Shown here piece by piece: positions 58,713 to 64,000 of a stretch of 64,000 bases of DNA (position 1 is the first letter of the stretch; each line of letters starts with the position of its first letter). The notes beneath the pieces were generated by a model. It had not been told where the DNA came from and made no database searches. It saw only the letters and a list, made by a program, of their open reading frames with translations. The stretch comes from Bacteroidota bacterium. GTDB lineage: Bacteria > Bacteroidota > Bacteroidia > Bacteroidales > JAAUTT01. The stretch covers positions 66,402-130,401 of the forward strand of contig JAEYWD010000094.1 in NCBI GenBank assembly GCA_023429135.1, given 5' to 3'. Both the position numbers and the translations under genes were made by a program.

Positions 58713-58984
58713 CTATTTACTTTCCGGGAGACAGGTAAACCTTAGTTACTGTAAACCAGGGAGGCTTATCGTGGCTTCATATTGGGCATTTGGTATCCAA
58801 ATAAACAGCCGTTTCAGGTAATGAGCAGGTTGGTAGCAAAAGATTGTAAGTGAGTTGTGATGAGAAGTAAAGATAGTACAAAAGGACTATTTACCTCCCT
58901 TCTTTTTAAAGGTAAATTTATGCTATTAATTACTCTCACTACATTCAAAACAAATCAAACTCACCTGAATCTATTTAAAACCTT

Positions 58985-61900
58985 ATGCTCCGAACTATTC
59001 AATATAATTGTCAAAGTGGCGAGCCTTTCAAAATTGACGAAACTGCGGATTTGTTAATTATCCGAACCTTAAAATATACTGATCCAGATTATATCCTGAA
59101 AACAATTCCTGGAATAAAGGCCTTCTGGAGAAATATCAGAAAACATGACCAATTTCCTGATTCTTCAGTTTTTTTATATCAAATTGTCGAAACCACCGAA
59201 CCTTCCTTACTTAGAGATGAGCTAAAGAACATTATAGAAAAATATAACCACCCCAACATATGTTATGCAGGCACAGTGATGCGTTATGCCGATTCCGGCG
59301 TTTACCAGATATATACCGGGAATCTCTTTATAAAATTTCAGGATAGCGCGTCCACACATTCCATAAACAGTATTATCCGTAATCACAAACTGGATGTTAA
59401 AAGAGATCTTCCCTTTGCAAGGAACTCCTTTTTTGTTGCGCCTCACGATGATATAGGAAGGGACATCTTTGATCTTAGTATGGAATTGCTCCGGTACAAA
59501 GATGTATCACACTGTCATCCGGAATTAGTTGTAAAAAGGAAATATGTTTTCAGGAACATCCCGGTAGATACAAATACTGCATCCAAAATTCCTCAAAATT
59601 GGGTTTTTGATAAGATAAACCTTAATAAAGCCTGGAAATATACGAGAGGTGAGAATATCCGTATTTGTGTAATTGATGACGGACTAGACTTTGGCCATCC
59701 TGCGTTCTCAAGCTCAGGTAAAATTGCGGCATACAGAGACATGCTGGATTCTACCAAAACCAAAAAACCTGTGCATCACACGGGGGAAATGCATGGCACA
59801 GCTTGCGCAGGAATAGCATGTTCAAATGATTTTCGTGCTCCAGGCATTGCCCCGGGGGCACAACTTATGCCCGTAAGATCGGTTGGTTTGGGGTCAGTAA
59901 CCGAATCGGAAGCCTTTTATTGGGCAGTACAAAATAAAGCGGATATTATTTCCTGCAGTTGGGGACCTCCTGATGGAGATTTTACATCTAACAAAAAGAA
60001 TAATTTTGTTTATCCCATTCCCGATCATACTGATTTTGCTATCCGTTACGCTGCCACAAGAGGCCGGAATGGAAAAGGATGTCTGATTTTCTTTGCTGCA
60101 GGCAATGGGAATGAGAGCATTAAACTGGATAAGTATGCTTCGCATCCTTATGTTATGGCAATAGGAGCCTCAAATATGAATGATGAAAAAACAAGCTACA
60201 GTGATTACGACAGTCCTATTTTTTGTACATTCCCAAGTGGCGAATATGTTAACGACGGAAAAGGATGGAAACAGATTAACGGAGTAACGGTACCTGACCC
60301 AACAGGTAAAGATGGTTATGACGATACTGATATTTTTAAACTTTTCAGCGGTACTTCGGCATCCTGTCCCGGAATGGCCGGAACCGCAGCATTACTATTA
60401 TCTCTTCGTCCGGATTTAACACGCCTTCAGGCAAAAGATATTCTTTCAAAATCATGCAAACCTCTGGGTAAATCTATTACCTCAAATTTAAGCACTTATG
60501 ATGACCAATTTGGGTTTGGTTTAATCCAAACAGATCTAGTAATTCAAAACGCTCTTAAATTTAATAAAACAGCTATGGATAACGAAAGCAAAACACAGAC
60601 TAAGGGGTATTCCCTTCACATTGGTATTAATGAGGTATCTGCGGAATATTACGGAGATATTGTGCCAAAACTTTACGGTTGCATTAAGGATATGCAGAAA
60701 ATGAAATCTTTAGCCGTAAAGTTGGGATATCAAACCAAAACATTGGAAAATGAAGCTGCAACCAGTAGCAGAATTCTTGACGAAATAAAGTCACTTTCCG
60801 AAACGGCTAAACCGGGCGATATGGTCCTCATAACCTATGCAGGTCATGGTGCACCTATTATTGATGAAAACAATGATGAGCCCGACGGATATGATGAAGC
60901 GTGGGTTACTTATGATGGTTTTCTGATTGATGATAAAATTTATCAATCGTTTCAGGAATTTAAAAAAGGTGTAAAAATTCTTGTGGTTACTGATTCGTGC
61001 CATAATGGAACGGTTACGAGACTAGTAAATTTTAATAAGTATAAAAAAAGATCCCTAAGAGGAGATATCAGGTACAGGTTCCTTGAGCTGGATTTGGTAA
61101 ACCAAATTCTTAGCAGGAATGGTCAAACGCAGCGGTCGTTAAAAATTACGGAAAAGAAAAAGGACAAAAGCTCTAAAACAGGGCAGATAGAACTGAATGT
61201 GCCTGTTAAGTTATTGGCAGCCTGTGCTGATGACCAGGTTGCAGGAGAAAATCAAAATGGAGGGCTTTTCACATATCACCTGATTGAAACATTCAATAAT
61301 TTTAACAATTCGATCACCTATACAAGTCTGATTGATAACGTCAAAACCAGGATGCCCTCTAGTCAGCAACCTCAAATAACTGACGAAGGATTAACTGACA
61401 ATGAATTTGATGCTTTAATGGCCTTTTCGATAGAAGCATCGAGGAAAGAACATGAAATACTGCAAGCAGAAATACCTGTTGTTGAATTAAAAAGATCTTC
61501 AATAATTGCGGTGGAAACCGATGAAATGTTTCTTAATTTAAGTTCTTCGTCGAGCCTCCGGTCTACCGGTCCTGAAAATTCAGATGTACTGAAAGTGGTA
61601 GATGGAAAAGTTGACGGAGAAAGTATAGCTGGTGAAACAGATTGGGATAAAGCATACAATCTATATTTTTCGAATCAGGATAAAAACATTGAATTTATTG
61701 AAGCTTATTTACCTCCTGAATCCTACGAAGATAGATTTTATGCAGGAAGGGACACTGAATTAAAGGAATCGGATGAATTTGACTGGCTAAAAACATATCC
61801 TCCATACAGCGATATCCACAAAAATGTTCCATTTGACTGGCACCTCGACAATGAGCATAGTCAGCTTAAAGCTGCCAGGGAAATAGTCTATCCTGAATTA

Positions 61901-64000
61901 ATAACCGGAGATACTTACGATAAAAGTAAGCCTAACGTATATATTGCACATATCGATACCGGAATTCTGGAAGACCATCCTTCGAAGCCCGAAAACCTGA
62001 TTCTGAAAGTTACTGCCGATAATGATACAATAATTACAGGAGCTGAGGATAAAGATGTTATTACCCCGGGAGAACAGCAGGGACATGGTAATGCCACGCT
62101 GGCTATTCTAGCCGGTGGAAAATTAATGGGAACACAAACTGGTGGCGAATTTTCCGGATATTTTGGAGCTATCCCTTTTGCCAAAGTTGTTACCATTAAA
62201 GTTAGCGATTATGTTGTGTTACTTAGCGGAAAAAGAGTTGCTGAGGCAATTGAGTATGCTATTACTCTTGGAGTGGATGTTATAACCATGAGTATGGCAG
62301 GTTTACCTTCCAAAGCAATGGCCAAAGCTGTAAATAAAGCATATGAAGCCGGCATTGTTATTTGTAGTGCTGCCAGTAACAGTTGGGTTAAAGGGTTAAA
62401 AAAGGCCGCACCCGACTGTATGCTATATCCGGCAAGATTCGACCGAACCATAGGGGTGGTGGGAGCAACCTATACTCAGGTGCCGTATGTTTATAAACTT
62501 CATAATACCGAAACCCGAACCGCAGGTGGCTGTTATATGCAAATGAGTTATGGCCCCAGAGCTGCAATGAATACTGCCATTGCCGGGTACACTCCAAATA
62601 TTGCATGGTTTGAAGTTGATATGAAAAAAGAAAAAGGTAAATTGCCATTCGTTAAAAACGGAGGAGGAACATCAAGCGCTACACCACAGGTTGCGGCGGC
62701 GGCAGCTCTATATATTCAAAAATACCGGGACGAAATTGAAAAAATAGCTGGAAAAGACAAATGGAAAAAGGTTGAAATTGTAAAAGCAGCTCTTTTTAAA
62801 TCAGCTCATAAATTGAACGATTATTCCGAATTTTATGGTAACGGAATTCTAAGAGCCAAGAATGCCCTCATGATAGAACCTAAGGATATTGAACTTCCTA
62901 AAGAAAAGGCACCTGAGGCAAAAGATGAAGGATCTTTCCTCAAAAGCTTATTTTTTGTTTTCAGAAGAAGTTTAATTGACAATCAGCACGACCAGAAGTT
63001 GACTCAAATGATGAACACAGAATTGATGCAACTGATGCATCGTGAGCCTGAATTATTCCCGCTGTTAAAAAATTACAATTTTTCGGACCCGAAAGAGGAA
63101 CTTACTTATGATGACAGGATACTGCTGATTGATGTTGTTCAGAGATCCAAACTCGCATCTTCTTTTTTGAAGAGTAACATTGTAACGAAAAAAATGCCCG
63201 ATTCTCCTGCTATTACAAGAGGAGTAACCATCGATTCGTTTCACATTAACAGCCTGGAACTGGAATCGCTATACGGAAATTATAACCTCAGAAGCTCAGG
63301 TATTAAATATGTAATTAAATCATTTAGAAAAAATATCGGGGAAGAGAATTTCAATCTGGATCTATCTGTTGATGAAATAGAACTAGAAATAAACGGTCCT
63401 TTAACCAGGGACGCGAATACCTCACTCAACCTGATTACGAATTTCACGAAAAATGACCGTCAGTGTGCAATCCTAGTTGAAAAGGAACTGGATGGAGAGA
63501 CTGTTGCCGAGTGGGTGTTTGACCAACCAATCCAAAATCAGACCTCCCGGGATTTCAGTTTTAACCGGAACGGGCGTGATGGAAATCAGTTTACAATTGA
63601 TTTTAGTGATCACCTCCCGAATACTAACCGAAATCTGTTCTCCAAAATCGGAAAAGTATTAATCAAAGTTATCAGTTGGTTGTCGCCGCAGGATGAGCAA
63701 GCAGGCAATTTTAAAGAATGGCTCGCCCGAATGGGAAAATCCAGATACATGGTAATGGGATATGATTTGGAAAGTTCAACAAATAGATGGATCAATCTGG
63801 ATAAAAAGGCCGAAATGTGGGATGCCATCTCAAAAGACAGTAAACCCGTTTTACTCCTGTTCCCGGGGCTATTCAGAGATGTAACCGAGAACTTCACCGA
63901 TCTTCTTTCCAATTCTGCAATTCTGGAGGCTTTAAAAAATAAGTACTCCCGTTATGTAATTGGATTCAATATGCCCGATATAATCGCAGGTATTGAAGAA
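58985..64000 (+). CDS. leaderless multi-protease fusion protein (propeptide-like N-terminus / peptidase S8 / caspase-like peptidase C14 / peptidase S8 / unknown C-terminal region); 3' end lies outside the window
   Basis: This ORF is absent from the supplied track. Frame 2 is open from the ATG at 58985 (in-frame TAA at 58976..58978) to base 64000, giving 1,672 codons. S8 domain 1 has D 'CVIDDG' (59675), H 'HGTACAG' (59792), N 'AAGNGN' and S 'GTSASCPG' (60356). The C14 domain has H 'YAGHG' (60845) and C 'DSCHNG' (60998). S8 domain 2 has D 'AHIDTG' (61955), H 'GHGNAT' (62084) and S 'GGGTSSATPQVAAAAA' (62672). All these codons are in the same frame. There is no N-terminal hydrophobic signal. Confidence 0.85.
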   Translation, partial: MLRTIQYNCQSGEPFKIDETADLLIIRTLKYTDPDYILKTIPGIKAFWRNIRKHDQFPDSSVFLYQIVETTEPSLLRDELKNIIEKYNHPNICYAGTVMRYADSGVYQIYTGNLFIKFQDSASTHSINSIIRNHKLDVKRDLPFARNSFFVAPHDDIGRDIFDLSMELLRYKDVSHCHPELVVKRKYVFRNIPVDTNTASKIPQNWVFDKINLNKAWKYTRGENIRICVIDDGLDFGHPAFSSSGKIAAYRDMLDSTKTKKPVHHTGEMHGTACAGIACSNDFRAPGIAPGAQLMPVRSVGLGSVTESEAFYWAVQNKADIISCSWGPPDGDFTSNKKNNFVYPIPDHTDFAIRYAATRGRNGKGCLIFFAAGNGNESIKLDKYASHPYVMAIGASNMNDEKTSYSDYDSPIFCTFPSGEYVNDGKGWKQINGVTVPDPTGKDGYDDTDIFKLFSGTSASCPGMAGTAALLLSLRPDLTRLQAKDILSKSCKPLGKSITSNLSTYDDQFGFGLIQTDLVIQNALKFNKTAMDNESKTQTKGYSLHIGINEVSAEYYGDIVPKLYGCIKDMQKMKSLAVKLGYQTKTLENEAATSSRILDEIKSLSETAKPGDMVLITYAGHGAPIIDENNDEPDGYDEAWVTYDGFLIDDKIYQSFQEFKKGVKILVVTDSCHNGTVTRLVNFNKYKKRSLRGDIRYRFLELDLVNQILSRNGQTQRSLKITEKKKDKSSKTGQIELNVPVKLLAACADDQVAGENQNGGLFTYHLIETFNNFNNSITYTSLIDNVKTRMPSSQQPQITDEGLTDNEFDALMAFSIEASRKEHEILQAEIPVVELKRSSIIAVETDEMFLNLSSSSSLRSTGPENSDVLKVVDGKVDGESIAGETDWDKAYNLYFSNQDKNIEFIEAYLPPESYEDRFYAGRDTELKESDEFDWLKTYPPYSDIHKNVPFDWHLDNEHSQLKAAREIVYPELITGDTYDKSKPNVYIAHIDTGILEDHPSKPENLILKVTADNDTIITGAEDKDVITPGEQQGHGNATLAILAGGKLMGTQTGGEFSGYFGAIPFAKVVTIKVSDYVVLLSGKRVAEAIEYAITLGVDVITMSMAGLPSKAMAKAVNKAYEAGIVICSAASNSWVKGLKKAAPDCMLYPARFDRTIGVVGATYTQVPYVYKLHNTETRTAGGCYMQMSYGPRAAMNTAIAGYTPNIAWFEVDMKKEKGKLPFVKNGGGTSSATPQVAAAAALYIQKYRDEIEKIAGKDKWKKVEIVKAALFKSAHKLNDYSEFYGNGILRAKNALMIEPKDIELPKEKAPEAKDEGSFLKSLFFVFRRSLIDNQHDQKLTQMMNTELMQLMHREPELFPLLKNYNFSDPKEELTYDDRILLIDVVQRSKLASSFLKSNIVTKKMPDSPAITRGVTIDSFHINSLELESLYGNYNLRSSGIKYVIKSFRKNIGEENFNLDLSVDEIELEINGPLTRDANTSLNLITNFTKNDRQCAILVEKELDGETVAEWVFDQPIQNQTSRDFSFNRNGRDGNQFTIDFSDHLPNTNRNLFSKIGKVLIKVISWLSPQDEQAGNFKEWLARMGKSRYMVMGYDLESSTNRWINLDKKAEMWDAISKDSKPVLLLFPGLFRDVTENFTDLLSNSAILEALKNKYSRYVIGFNMPDIIAGIEE

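Noticed and set aside
59222-63912. Nine minus-strand ORFs of 60-100 aa listed in the track (for example 59222..59446, 59894..60145, 61915..62196, 62209..62451 and 63610..63912), plus the + strand ORFs 58857..59057 and 63477..63662.
   Set aside because: All of them lie antisense or out of frame to the 5-kb open frame-2 ORF, which carries unmistakable S8 and C14 catalytic motifs. Their translations are low-complexity and have no recognisable motifs, so they are shadow ORFs.

Overview
The window looks like a Bacteroidota chromosome segment. The evidence is two SusC/SusD pairs, each preceded by an ECF sigma/FecR anti-sigma pair, many glycoside hydrolases, lipoprotein-type signal peptides and a TAnnTTTG-type -7 box. 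Left to right, the content is as follows. (1) A 5'-truncated alpha-2-macroglobulin gene followed by pbpC, then alkB and elbB. (2) About 1 kb of AT-rich non-coding DNA carrying repeats. (3) A GH2 beta-mannosidase and a six-hairpin GH, then a decayed YafQ-type toxin beside an intact antitoxin. (4) A LacI-controlled glucuronate/glucuronoxylan side-chain cluster: SDR, ManD, GH115 and a SASA esterase. (5) pgeF, then PUL 1: ECF sigma, FecR, SusC with an STN domain, SusD, a surface lipoprotein and GH5. (6) A PPi-type phosphofructokinase, GH20, RidA coupled to a D-Ser/D-Thr PLP enzyme, a PP2C phosphatase and efp. (7) PUL 2: ECF sigma, FecR, SusC, a SusD-like protein and a metallophosphoesterase-GH16 fusion. 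(8) A UDG-like gene, an orphan clpP, a sigma factor with a small partner, and a LuxR regulator. (9) The standout: a leaderless ORF from 58985 that is still open at base 64000 (at least 1,672 codons). The supplied ORF track does not list it. It fuses two complete subtilase (S8) domains around a caspase-like (C14) domain. Several short intergenic repeat families are also present. I found no rRNA, tRNA, CRISPR array or recognisable transposase.
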